A stretch of DNA of 64,000 bases from Candidatus Multivorans sp. GTDB lineage: Bacteria > Acidobacteriota > Thermoanaerobaculia > Multivoradales > Multivoraceae. Of this stretch, positions 10,975 to 19,986 are shown one piece after another; positions within the stretch are counted from its first letter, which is position 1; each line of letters opens with the position of its first letter. The DNA lies in contig OZ251997.1 of the NCBI GenBank assembly GCA_965247095.1, positions 480,001 through 544,000 on the forward strand, in the 5' to 3' direction. The position numbers and the translations under genes are program-made. The notes under the pieces were generated by a model that did no database searches, was not told the origin of the DNA, and saw only the letters and a list, made by a program, of their open reading frames with translations.

Positions 10975-11651
10975 AGACGGATGGGCTCCGGCCGGACGGC
11001 GCCTACCGCTTTCCGCGCCGGCGCATGGTCGCCAAGCTGGTCGAGCAGTACGGCCTGCGGGACGAGCGGGTGCTCGCGGCCCTGGAACGCGTGCCGCGTC
11101 ACCTGTTCGTGCCGGATCACCTGGTCAACGACGCGTACAGCGACCGCGCGTTGCCGATCGGTTGCGAGCAGACGATCTCCCAGCCCTACATCGTCGCGCG
11201 CATGACCGAAAGGCTGGATGTGGGGGCCGAGGATTCGGTGCTCGAGATCGGCACCGGATCGGGCTACCAGACGGCGGTCCTGGCCACGCTCGCGCGCCGC
11301 GTCTACAGCATTGAGAGGGTGGGGCAGTTGGCCCGGGAGGCGATCGGCAGAGTACAGGCGCTCGAACTGCCCAACGTCAAGATTCAGGTCTTCGACGGCA
11401 CGGTCGGCTGGAGCAGCGCCGCTCCCTTCGACCGCATTCTTGTCGCCGCGGCCGCGCCCCGGGTTCCCGACGCGCTTCTCGATCAACTGGCGCCGGGCGG
11501 CCGCCTCGTCATTCCCGAGGGGGACCGGCACGAGCAACGGCTGATCGACTACCAGAAGCACCGGAACGGCGTGGTGACGCGCGAGGTCGGCGAACCGGTT
11601 CGCTTCGTGCCCCTGATCGGCCGGCACGGCTGGAAGACGAAGGTCGAGTAG
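10971..11651 (+). CDS. pcm: Protein-L-isoaspartate O-methyltransferase
   Basis: VPRHLFV, QTISQPYIVA, VLEIGTGSGYQTAVL, RFVPL; follows surE. Confidence 0.95.
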   Translation: MKTDGLRPDGAYRFPRRRMVAKLVEQYGLRDERVLAALERVPRHLFVPDHLVNDAYSDRALPIGCEQTISQPYIVARMTERLDVGAEDSVLEIGTGSGYQTAVLATLARRVYSIERVGQLAREAIGRVQALELPNVKIQVFDGTVGWSSAAPFDRILVAAAAPRVPDALLDQLAPGGRLVIPEGDRHEQRLIDYQKHRNGVVTREVGEPVRFVPLIGRHGWKTKVE

Positions 11652-11672
11652 GCGGAACTGGAGAACGCGGCG

Positions 11673-12215
11673 ATGGCAGCAGACGGTACGACCCGACTGA
11701 AGGAACTGAAGGACTGGATCCGCGAGGTGCCCGACTTCCCGAAGCCGGGGATCCTGTTCAAGGACATCACCACCCTGCTCAAGGAGCCGGCGGCGCTGCG
11801 AGAGGCAGCCGACCGGCTCGCCGAACGGTTTGCGGACCGTCGGATCGACCAGGTGGTCGGGATCGAAGCGCGCGGCTTCATCTTCGCGCCGCTCGTGGCG
11901 TATCGACTGAACGCCGGTTTCGTGCCGGTGAGGAAAGCCGGAAAGCTGCCGGCCGAGACGGCCGCCCGCACCTACGAACTCGAGTACGGCAGCGACACGC
12001 TGGAGATGCATGTCGACGGTCTCTCCTCCGGTGACCGGGTGGCCCTGGTCGACGATCTGCTGGCCACCGGCGGCACCGCGAGGGCGGCCGCCGGCCTGAT
12101 CGAGTCGGTCGGGGCCCGGGTCGAGGCCGTCGGATTCGTCGTCGAACTGACGTACCTCGAAGGCCGGCGACGCCTCGAAGGCTACGACGTGGTTGAATCG
12201 CTGGTCCGATACTGA
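11673..12215 (+). CDS. apt: Adenine phosphoribosyltransferase
   Basis: [38 protein letters not shown]. Confidence 0.96.
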   Translation: MAADGTTRLKELKDWIREVPDFPKPGILFKDITTLLKEPAALREAADRLAERFADRRIDQVVGIEARGFIFAPLVAYRLNAGFVPVRKAGKLPAETAARTYELEYGSDTLEMHVDGLSSGDRVALVDDLLATGGTARAAAGLIESVGARVEAVGFVVELTYLEGRRRLEGYDVVESLVRY

Positions 12216-12255
12216 GATCCTTGGCGGCCGGCCACCGGGCCGGCCCGATTGGTCA

Positions 12256-12332
12256 GCGCCTGTAGCTCAGCGGGATAGAGCGGTGGATTCCTAATCCGCA
12301 GGTCGGGGGTTCGAGTCCCTCCAGGCGCACCA
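12256..12332 (+). tRNA. tRNA-Arg (anticodon CCT)
   Basis: Acceptor GCGCCTG/CAGGCGC, D arm TAGCTCAG..GATAGAGC, anticodon stem GTGGA/TCCGC with loop TTCCTAA, GGTTCGAGTCC T loop, encoded CCA. Confidence 0.95.
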
Positions 12333-12333
12333 C

Positions 12334-12434
12334 CCGCCCGCATCTCAGGGGATGACGCGGTAGGGATTCCCAATCAACAGGCAAGGGGGTTCGAGTCCCT
12401 CCAGGCGCACCACCGCCCTCCAGGCGCACCACCC
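12334..12434 (+). repeat. Degenerate tandem copy of tRNA-Arg plus a third copy of its 3' end (att-like scars)
   Basis: 12385-12414 is identical to 12305-12334 (30 bp); 12334-12384 aligns loosely to the tRNA 5' half; 12416-12434 repeats 12317-12335. Confidence 0.85.
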
Positions 12435-12523
12435 CCGCTCCCCCGTAGTTTTTAGTGCATTTGACCGCAAGAACTAAAAGCAATTGACCGCCTCGGAGCA
12501 CGCGACTAGGCTGCGCGACCGTT

Positions 12524-13240
12524 GTGTTCCTTTCGGTGGCGCTCTTCACACAGTCTGGAGCGGTCGCGGCCGCAAACGAGCCGCCGCGGTCGCCGCCGGG
12601 ACCCCCGGTAGCCGGTTTCAGGACACGGAACGTGTTTTGCGAGGACGGTCTCTGTTTCGCGAAGACCGGCTTCGCGGTGGTCTTCGAAGAGACGAGCACC
12701 GGCACGATCACTTCGCGGAGCTGGGACTTCGGCGATAGTGGCCCGAGCCGTGTGCGAGGAGAGGAGTACGCCTGGTCGGCGCCGGGTTTCTACACGGTGA
12801 CGCTGACCGTGACGGATGGCGTGGTGGAGTCGACGGCCTCCCAGGTGTTCCTGGTGGAGGTGAGCCTGCCGGCGGGAAGCTGTGTGCCGGACGATGTGAC
12901 GCGGTGCCTGTTGGACTCTCGCTATGCGGTGCGGGTGAACTGGTGGACGCTGCGCGGCGAGGCCGGCGCCGGCAAGGTGGTCCGTGAGGGGACGAACGAC
13001 TCCGGTCTCTTCTGGTTCTTCAATCCGGAAGACTGGGAAGTGCTGCTCAAGGTGCTGGACGGCTGCGCCATCAACGGCCACGTATGGGTGTTCGGAGCGT
13101 CTACGACGGACGTCGGGTACGCGATCGAAGTGACGGACACCGTGATCGGCGGGGTGCGGGAGTACCGGAACGAGGCGGGGCGACCCGCGCCGGCAGTGGT
13201 GGACACGGCGGCCTTCGCCCTGGGTTGCGCCATTCCCTGA
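12524..13240 (+). CDS. Secreted PKD-domain protein with Acidobacteria/Thermoanaerobaculia-type C-terminal domain
   Basis: SRSWDFGD...YAWSAPGFYTVTLTVTDG (PKD); CLLDSRYAVRVNW...DSGLFWFFNPEDWEVLLKVLDGCAINGHVWVF; start uncertain. Confidence 0.75.
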   Translation: MFLSVALFTQSGAVAAANEPPRSPPGPPVAGFRTRNVFCEDGLCFAKTGFAVVFEETSTGTITSRSWDFGDSGPSRVRGEEYAWSAPGFYTVTLTVTDGVVESTASQVFLVEVSLPAGSCVPDDVTRCLLDSRYAVRVNWWTLRGEAGAGKVVREGTNDSGLFWFFNPEDWEVLLKVLDGCAINGHVWVFGASTTDVGYAIEVTDTVIGGVREYRNEAGRPAPAVVDTAAFALGCAIP

Positions 13241-13343
13241 GGCCGGTGAGGGCGCGCGAGGCGCGCTACGGTGCGGAGGGGACGGCTTCTACTCTCGCGG
13301 CGCTCGCGGCGCTCGCGGCGCTGGCGGCGCCAAGGGCGACAGC

Positions 13344-13529
13344 CTAGTCCTCGATCTCGCGCTTCGGCTTGTCCTCGTCCTCGTCTTCGCCGGGCTCGTT
13401 CAGGCCGCGCTTGAAGTTCCGGATGCCGGCGCCCAGACCTCCCGCCAGCTTGGGTATTCGGCTGGCGCCGAAGACCAGGATGATGATCGCGAGAACGATC
13501 AGCAGTTCGCCAAATCCCAGGGTCGGCAT
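13344..13529 (-). CDS. tatA: Twin-arginine translocase TatA/E
   Basis: MPTLGFGELLIVLAIIILVFGASRIPKLAGGLGAGIRNFK; GGAG RBS. Confidence 0.92.
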   Translation of the reverse strand: MPTLGFGELLIVLAIIILVFGASRIPKLAGGLGAGIRNFKRGLNEPGEDEDEDKPKREIED

Positions 13530-13678
13530 CGCGGGTGCTCCAGGTGGTTGAGTGGCGTCGCCGGTTGACGGGTTCTGCGGCGGCAGGCGCCTGAGGGCAA
13601 GTTTGCCACAGCTTGGGCGTGGAGACGTTTGGTGCGGGTCAACGGTGGTAGGGTTTGCGCCGCTCAGGGAGGTCTTGA

Positions 13679-14518
13679 ATGAGCCGTTTGACACGAGACG
13701 AAATCCGGCGGGATGAGGTGCGCGAGGCGGTTGTTACGGCCTCCACCTGGTTCGCCGACCACGTCCGGCAGATCCTGCTCGGGGTCGCGGCAGCGATCGC
13801 CCTCGTCATCGGCGTCGTGGTCTTCCTCAACTACCAGGACCGCCGGGAAGCGGCGGCGAGCTTCCAACTCAGTGAAGCTCTGAAGGTCTACCGGGCGCCG
13901 ATCGATGTGCCGGAGACGGACGCCATCGACGATCTCTTCGGCACGCCGCCGGACAGCGCGCCGGGCGAGGACGACGCCGGGGCGCCGGAGACCCCCGTTG
14001 CGGAAGACGACGGCGAAGACGAGAGCCTGAGTTTCGCCTCCGAGGCGGAACGGCGCGCGGAGGCGCGGGTGGCGCTCGAAGCGGTCGAGGAGAGCTACGG
14101 ATCGACCGCCTCGGGTCGGCTGGCTTCGGTCTATCTGGGCCAGATTGCCGCGGCCGAGGGAGACACGGCGACGGCGCGTGAGCTGTGGACGGAGTATCTC
14201 GAGACGGACGGCGACGACCATGCGCTGGCCGTGAGCCTGCAGTTGAACCTTTACAGCCTCGACCGCGCCGAGGGCCGGGGGGAGCAGCTTGCCGCCGAGC
14301 TCCGCGGCGCGGTGGCGACCGAGACGTCCGCGCTGCCGAAGGATGCACTGCTGTTCGAACTGGCCGCGACCCTGGAGCAACTCGGCGACGCGGATGGCGC
14401 TCGGGAGACCTTCCAGCGCATCGTCGACGAGTACCCGGACAGCGGCTACGCGATCAGGGCCCGGCAACAGCTCGGGCCCGACCCCGCCGCCGCGAGTCCG
14501 TTCAGTTTCGGCGGCTAG
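13679..14518 (+). CDS. Membrane-anchored TPR protein (YfgM-like)
   Basis: N-terminal LTRDEIRRD, single TM helix, TPR-like helices ending FQRIVDEYPDSGYA. Confidence 0.7.
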   Translation: MSRLTRDEIRRDEVREAVVTASTWFADHVRQILLGVAAAIALVIGVVVFLNYQDRREAAASFQLSEALKVYRAPIDVPETDAIDDLFGTPPDSAPGEDDAGAPETPVAEDDGEDESLSFASEAERRAEARVALEAVEESYGSTASGRLASVYLGQIAAAEGDTATARELWTEYLETDGDDHALAVSLQLNLYSLDRAEGRGEQLAAELRGAVATETSALPKDALLFELAATLEQLGDADGARETFQRIVDEYPDSGYAIRARQQLGPDPAAASPFSFGG

Positions 14519-14538
14519 CAGCGTAGGGCGCCGCCCGC

Positions 14539-15822
14539 ATGGTCACGCCCTACGGCATTCTGAACCGGATGCGTCAGGGGCGGACGCTGACCCGGGACGA
14601 GGTGCGGTCGGTGGTCGCGGGAGCGGCCGACGGAAGCTGGACGGATGTGCACCTCGCCGCCTTCCTGATGGCCGCCGCGATGCGGGGCCTGGACGCGGAC
14701 GAGACGCGGGAGCTGACCCTGGCGATGCTCGATTCCGGCGACCGATGGGCGCTTGCCGCGGACTTCGGCCCGCTCGTCGACAAGCACTCGACCGGCGGAG
14801 TCGGCGATACGGTCAGCCTGATCGTTCTGCCCGTGCTGGCCTCGTGCGGGGTGCCGGCGGCCAAGCTCACCGGCCGCGCCCTGGGCCACAGCGGCGGCAC
14901 CGCGGACAAGCTGGAGAGCATCCCCGGCGTGCGGTTGGAGTTGGACCGGGGCAGGACCCTCGGTCTGCTCGAACGCTTCGGCATGGCGATCGGCATCGCG
15001 ACCGCCGGCATCGCACCGGCCGACAGGCGTCTGTACGGCCTGAGGGACCGGACCTCGACGGTGAGTTCGATCCCGCTCGTCGTCGGCAGCATCCTGTCGA
15101 AGAAGCTCGCGCTGGGTGCGTCCGGGATCGTGTTCGACGTCAAGACCGGCAACGGCGGCTTCTTTCCCGATCCGGAGGACACCCGCACCCTGGCGTCCAG
15201 GCTGGTTGAGATCAGCGCCGCCTGCGGCACGCCGGCGGACTGCGTCTTGAGCGACATGAGTCAGCCTCTTGGCCGCTGGGTCGGTCACGCGGCCGAAGTG
15301 CGTGAAGCCCTGGACTGCCTGGCCGGGGACGGCGACGCGCGACTGGTCGAAGTGGTCGCTGCGATCTGCCGGAAGGCCTCGCGCCTGGTCGGCAGGGAGA
15401 TCTCCTCGAAGGACATCGAGGCCGCCATCGCATCGGGCGCCGCCCGCCAGAAGCTGATCGACTGGGCCGATGCCCAGGGCGCCGTATCAGGCTGGATCGA
15501 CTCTCTGGAGCTGGCGCCGATCGAGGCCATCGTCACCGCCTCCGAGTCGGGCTTCCTCTCGGCCGTCGACTGCCGGCGGATCGGCAACGCCTTCGCGGAC
15601 GCCTGCCGCCCGGACCGTGACCCGAACAGGATCGACCACGCCGTCGCGCTCCGGTACGACGTGCGCCTCGGCCAGGAGGTCGAACGCGGCCAGGAACTCG
15701 CGCGCCTGTACGTGCGCCGGGATCCGGAGACGCTGCAGCGCGAGGTCGCGGCTGCGCTCGTCATCGGCGAAGAGATCGAGCCGCCGCCGCCGGTGTCGGA
15801 GTACAGGGCTCGGGAAAGGTAG
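14539..15822 (+). CDS. Thymidine / pyrimidine-nucleoside phosphorylase
   Basis: VDKHSTGGVGD, GRALGHSGGTADKLESIPG, SILSKKLA, DVKTGNGGF, MSQPLG. Confidence 0.93.
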   Translation: MVTPYGILNRMRQGRTLTRDEVRSVVAGAADGSWTDVHLAAFLMAAAMRGLDADETRELTLAMLDSGDRWALAADFGPLVDKHSTGGVGDTVSLIVLPVLASCGVPAAKLTGRALGHSGGTADKLESIPGVRLELDRGRTLGLLERFGMAIGIATAGIAPADRRLYGLRDRTSTVSSIPLVVGSILSKKLALGASGIVFDVKTGNGGFFPDPEDTRTLASRLVEISAACGTPADCVLSDMSQPLGRWVGHAAEVREALDCLAGDGDARLVEVVAAICRKASRLVGREISSKDIEAAIASGAARQKLIDWADAQGAVSGWIDSLELAPIEAIVTASESGFLSAVDCRRIGNAFADACRPDRDPNRIDHAVALRYDVRLGQEVERGQELARLYVRRDPETLQREVAAALVIGEEIEPPPPVSEYRARER

Positions 15823-15830
15823 GGAACGAG

Positions 15831-16070
15831 GTGGAGATTCCTCAAGTCGAAGTCGACCTGTTGCGCCGGTGGGTGGAAGAGCGGGACGAGGATCCCGAGA
15901 TGAGCGGCTCCTTCGAGGAGCACCGGAAGAAAGAGCCCGAGCGAGTCGCGCGCCTCAGAGAGGCTGTCGTGAGCTTCGTCGGCGGTGGCGGACTTGGGAA
16001 GTTCGCCGACGAGTATGTGTCGCCTTTCAACGCCGTTAGGAGTCGAGTCGCGGCGTCCGCGCCGCGCTGA
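15831..16070 (+). CDS. Short hypothetical ORF, possibly the N-terminal remnant of mcrB
   Basis: 79 codons with upstream purine-rich RBS-like sequence; lies directly before the mcrBC remnant; no recognisable motif. Confidence 0.35.
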   Translation: MEIPQVEVDLLRRWVEERDEDPEMSGSFEEHRKKEPERVARLREAVVSFVGGGGLGKFADEYVSPFNAVRSRVAASAPR

Positions 16071-16238
16071 CGCACAGGGAACAGGGATTGTTCCATGCAA
16101 GTACCCACAGCGGTATCGCTGCGCTGTCGCGCAGGGAACACCGTAAGAGCGTGGTCGCTACTTCGGTCCGCCCTGGGGAACGCGGGCGTCTCGCCCGCAT
16201 TAGGCACGAAGGGCCGGCCAGGACGAGGAGTTTGTTCC

Positions 16239-16718
16239 ATGCAAGCTTTGTTGGGGGAGTACTGGTTCGATCAGCCGGATGAAGCGTCGAAGAGGGTTAG
16301 CAACCTGCTTGCGGGCGCCCTTCCGAAGGGTGAACTGGATGACGGACTCAGAGGCAAGCTGGCCCGCTCGGCGCGACTCATGCCCGAGGTCGCTGAGGTG
16401 GAACTGCGCGACGACTTGTTTCGTCGCGTCCAGATCCACCGGAACAATGCCGACTACGGGTTTCTCCTCAGCGTTTGCCGGCTACTGAGCGGCCGCCTGT
16501 TCTCTGAGGGGCGCCCAGGGGTCGTCCGCTTCCAGCAGTTCGATGCCGATGACCCGGAGACGGGAAATCTGTTCGAGGCATTCGTCCGCGGCGGGTACCC
16601 GCTGAGAGTGCGGTCGCTCGACTTGGGCCAAGCGTGGCCCGACCTGCGCGACGACCTGCTCAACTTCGCCGACGAACTGGCCGACGCGACCGGCGCCAGG
16701 GTGCGCTCCGCGGCCTGA
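16239..16718 (+). pseudogene. Collapsed mcrB/mcrC remnant (McrB C-terminus joined to McrC fragments)
   Basis: LLGEYWFDQPDEASKRVSNLL resembles the McrB C-terminus; HRNNADYGFLLSVCRLL...RFQQF...LFEAFVR and LDLGQAWPDLRDDLL resemble the McrC middle and C-terminus; PD-(D/E)xK core absent. Confidence 0.75.
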
Positions 16719-16783
16719 ACCGCGTTCCGGTCCCGCCGATTGCCGGTGGCGCCACGGTCGGTCCGACTGCCCGGCGACCTCCA

Positions 16784-16827
16784 GCCTGCTGCGGGCCCTG
16801 GGACCCTCCCCCCGGCCCGCAGCAGGC
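16784..16827. repeat. Perfect 14-bp inverted repeat (hairpin, terminator/REP-like)
   Basis: GCCTGCTGCGGGCC (16784-16797) and GGCCCGCAGCAGGC (16814-16827), intergenic; no clear U-tract. Confidence 0.6.
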
Positions 16828-16870
16828 GGGTGCGTGTCTTCGTGCAAGCAGCCTCGTTACACTGCGGCCG

Positions 16871-18193
16871 GTGAAGGCTTCGATACTCGCCGTTGGCGCC
16901 GAGTTGCTCGGCACGGACCGGCTCGACACGAACTCGCTGGCGCTGACGGAGGTGCTGAGGCGGCGGGGAGTGGAACTGGTCTCGAAGGCGGTCGTCGGCG
17001 ACGATGTGGCCGAGATCGCGGAGACCCTGGGTGGACTCCGGGAGCGGGCGGACCTGCTGCTCGTGACCGGCGGGCTGGGCCCGACCCGGGACGACCTGAC
17101 GCGCGAGGGGGTGGCGCGGCTGCTGGGACGCGGTGTCGCCGTCGACGAAGGCGTCTGGGAGGAGATCGAGCGCGGGTTCAGAAAGCTCGGCCGCAAGATC
17201 CCCCGGGTCAATCGCAAGCAGGCGGAGCGGGTCGATGGCGCCGAGATGCTGCCGAACCGCGCCGGCGTGGCGCCCGGGCTGCGGATCGAGGATCCGGCGC
17301 CTCTGCCCCGAGGCACGACGTACTTTCTGTTCCCCGGCGTGCCGCGGGAGCTGAAGGCCCTGGTCGTCGATGCGCTGGATCCATGGCTGGCCGAACGGGC
17401 CGAGGACGGCGCCGGCTTCGATCAGGTCGAGGTGCGGGTCGCCTGCCTGCCGGAGTCGGTGGTCGAGGAGCGGATTGCGCCGGTCTACGAGCGTTTCGGC
17501 GACCATATGGTGTCGCTGCTGGCGCGGCCGGGCGAGATCCGGCTCCGCCTGCGCGCCGACGGCCCGATCAGTGGCCGGGGGCCCCGGCTCCTGGCGATGG
17601 AAGAGGGGGTGCGGGACGCCCTGGGCGAGGCGGTCTTCTACGTCGGCCCGATCGAGGACGGCATCGAGTTCGAGGCCGCGGTCGGCGACCTGCTGGCTGC
17701 GCGCAGCGAGACGGTCGCGGTCGCCGAATCCTGTACCGGGGGTCTGCTCGGCCAGCGCTTCACCGCCACCGCGGGCAGCAGCGCGTACTTCGTGGGCGGT
17801 TTCCTCACCTACTCGAACAAACTGAAGATGCGCCTGCTCGGCGTGCCTCGGGAGACCCTGGTGGCGCACGGCGCGGTGTCCAAGGCGACGGTGCTGGCGA
17901 TGGCCAGGGGCGCCCGGGAGCGCTGCGGCAGCGACTACGGGATCGGGATCACGGGCGTTGCGGGCCCTGGCGGCGGCAGCGAGGCGCTGCCGGTTGGGAC
18001 CGTTCACATCGCGGTCGCCGGACCGGCAGCCGCCGCCTCGCACTTCGAGGCGCGATTCCCGGGCGATCGGGCGCGGGTGCGGCAGCTCTCGACCCAGTTC
18101 GCGCTCGAGCTGCTGCGGCGGATGCTGCTGCCGGCTGAGACCGGGCGAGACCTGCTGCCCTGGGCGGCGCCGCGCGGGGACGGGGCGTCGTGA
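16871..18193 (+). CDS. cinA: CinA family nicotinamide-nucleotide amidase (competence-damage protein)
   Basis: AVGAELL, DTNS, TGGLGPTRDDLT, PGVPREL, AVAESCTGG, GITGVAGPGGG. Confidence 0.93.
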   Translation: MKASILAVGAELLGTDRLDTNSLALTEVLRRRGVELVSKAVVGDDVAEIAETLGGLRERADLLLVTGGLGPTRDDLTREGVARLLGRGVAVDEGVWEEIERGFRKLGRKIPRVNRKQAERVDGAEMLPNRAGVAPGLRIEDPAPLPRGTTYFLFPGVPRELKALVVDALDPWLAERAEDGAGFDQVEVRVACLPESVVEERIAPVYERFGDHMVSLLARPGEIRLRLRADGPISGRGPRLLAMEEGVRDALGEAVFYVGPIEDGIEFEAAVGDLLAARSETVAVAESCTGGLLGQRFTATAGSSAYFVGGFLTYSNKLKMRLLGVPRETLVAHGAVSKATVLAMARGARERCGSDYGIGITGVAGPGGGSEALPVGTVHIAVAGPAAAASHFEARFPGDRARVRQLSTQFALELLRRMLLPAETGRDLLPWAAPRGDGAS

Positions 18194-18843
18194 CCGCGAC
18201 CGGTCCTGTCGCCGTCCTTGTGGCGTACCTGCTGGGGTCCGTGCCGTTCAGCTATCTGATCGTGCGGATCCACCGGCGGATCGACCTGCGCACGATCGGC
18301 AGCCGAAGCGCCGGCGCCACGAACGTGCTGCGCGCGTCGGGCAAGTGGGCGGCCCTGCTAGCCCTGCTGCTCGATGTGGCCAAGGGCTCGGCGGCGGTGG
18401 TCGCAGCGCGCACGCTCGAGGTCGGGAGCTGGTGGCTCGCGGCTGCCGCGGCGGCGGCGGTCGTGGGGCACGTGTTTCCCCTCTTCCTCGTCTTTCGCGG
18501 CGGCAAGGGCGTGGCCACGGCAGCCGGCGTGCTGGCCGTGCTCGTGCCCTGGGCCGGGCTTGGCGCTCTGGCCGTGTTCATCCTGCTGGTGGCCTGGAAG
18601 CGCTACGTCTCCCTGGGGTCGATCTCGGCGGCGGCTTCCCTGCCGGTGCTGGTCTCGGCCCGCTGGTGGGGGGGCGCGTTCACGGATGCGGACGGCCTGG
18701 ACTACGGCCCGGCGCTGCTGGCCGGTGTGTCCGCGATCGCCGTCCTGGTGATCGTCAAGCATCGGGCCAATCTGGTCCGGCTGCGCGCGGGAACGGAGTC
18801 CCGGCTAGGTCGGAAGCCGGCGCCGCCAGAGGCGGCCGAGTGA
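18190..18843 (+). CDS. plsY: Glycerol-3-phosphate acyltransferase PlsY
   Basis: YLLGSVPFS, GSRSAGATNVLR, DVAKG, GHVFP..FRGGKGVAT, KHRANLVRL..GTE. Confidence 0.95.
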   Translation: MTATGPVAVLVAYLLGSVPFSYLIVRIHRRIDLRTIGSRSAGATNVLRASGKWAALLALLLDVAKGSAAVVAARTLEVGSWWLAAAAAAAVVGHVFPLFLVFRGGKGVATAAGVLAVLVPWAGLGALAVFILLVAWKRYVSLGSISAAASLPVLVSARWWGGAFTDADGLDYGPALLAGVSAIAVLVIVKHRANLVRLRAGTESRLGRKPAPPEAAE

Positions 18844-19901
18844 CGATCGCGGACACAGGCAATGGAGTCGCCGTGCTCGGCGCCGGCGCCTGGGGCACCG
18901 CGCTCGCGGTCCATGCGGCCCGGGCGGGTTCGCCGGTCATCCTCTGGGCCCGGTCCGCCGAGTTCGGCGCGGTTCTGGCGGCGGAGCGGGTGAACGAGCG
19001 TTACCTGCCAGGTGTGGAGTTGCCGGCGCAGGTGCGGGTCACCTGGGATCTGCGGCAGGCCGCCGCCTGCGACACCGTGCTCGTCGTCGTGCCGTCCCAC
19101 GGCTTTCGGGCGGTGGTGCGGTCCTTCCTTGTGGCGCGGCGCGGTCTCGGCGAGGGCGCGCCGCTGCCCGAGCGGGTCACCTTCGTTTCCGGCGCCAAGG
19201 GCATCGAGTCGGACCACCGCGGCGGTTTCCGGTGCATGAGCGACATCTGCCGGGAGGAGGCGGCGGAAGCCGGCACCGACGTCGACTTCGCCACCGTCAG
19301 CGGACCCTCGTTCGCGGCCGAACTCGCCGCCGAGCTGCCGACGGCCTGCGTCGTCGCGGCGGAGTCGGAGGCGGTGGCCGAGCGGCTGCAGGCGCTGTTC
19401 TCGGCCGGAGCGCTGAGGCTCTACACGTCGACCGACGTGATCGGGGTCGAGATCGCCGCCGCGGCCAAGAACGTGATCGCGATCGCGGCCGGCGTCCTGG
19501 ACGGCCTGCGCTACGGATCGAATACGCGCGCGGCGCTGATCACGCGCGGCCTGCACGAGATGATGCGGCTCGGTCTGGCCTGTGGCGGCCGGCCGGCGAC
19601 CTTCGCCGGCCTCGGCGGCCTCGGCGATCTCGTGCTGACGTGCACCGGCGACCTGTCGCGCAACCGGAACACCGGCATCGAGCTGGCCCGGGGCCGCACC
19701 CTCGAGGAGATCGAGGCGGACCGCCCGGGAGTCGCCGAAGGGGTGCGCAACTCGCTCGCCCTGCTCGAGTTGGCGACCGAGAAGAAGGTCGAGTTGCCGA
19801 TCACGGAGCAGATGGTCGAGATCCTCTACCGGGGCAAGGAACCGGCCGCCGCGATCCGGGATCTGATGCAGCGAGAGCCCAAGGTAGAGTCTGCCCTGTG
19901 A
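18840..19901 (+). CDS. gpsA: NAD(P)H-dependent glycerol-3-phosphate dehydrogenase
   Basis: VLGAGAWGTALA, SGPSFAAE, KNVIAIAAG, GLGDLVLTCTGDLSRN. Confidence 0.95.
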   Translation: MTIADTGNGVAVLGAGAWGTALAVHAARAGSPVILWARSAEFGAVLAAERVNERYLPGVELPAQVRVTWDLRQAAACDTVLVVVPSHGFRAVVRSFLVARRGLGEGAPLPERVTFVSGAKGIESDHRGGFRCMSDICREEAAEAGTDVDFATVSGPSFAAELAAELPTACVVAAESEAVAERLQALFSAGALRLYTSTDVIGVEIAAAAKNVIAIAAGVLDGLRYGSNTRAALITRGLHEMMRLGLACGGRPATFAGLGGLGDLVLTCTGDLSRNRNTGIELARGRTLEEIEADRPGVAEGVRNSLALLELATEKKVELPITEQMVEILYRGKEPAAAIRDLMQREPKVESAL

Positions 19902-19986
19902 TGGTGGAGAGACTGATACGGCCTGCCGCGTGCAGGGATGATTGCTGGCGCGGGGCTCGTGAGCCGCGCGTCGCTTCCGCGCTGTG

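Noticed and set aside
12305-12434. Possible mini CRISPR array
   Set aside because: The repeats are tRNA 3'-end sequence with irregular spacing, and there are no cas genes in the window.
13294-13329. Four tandem copies of the 9-mer CTCGCGGCG (last one imperfect)
   Set aside because: A short GC-rich microsatellite between convergent genes with no evidence of function.
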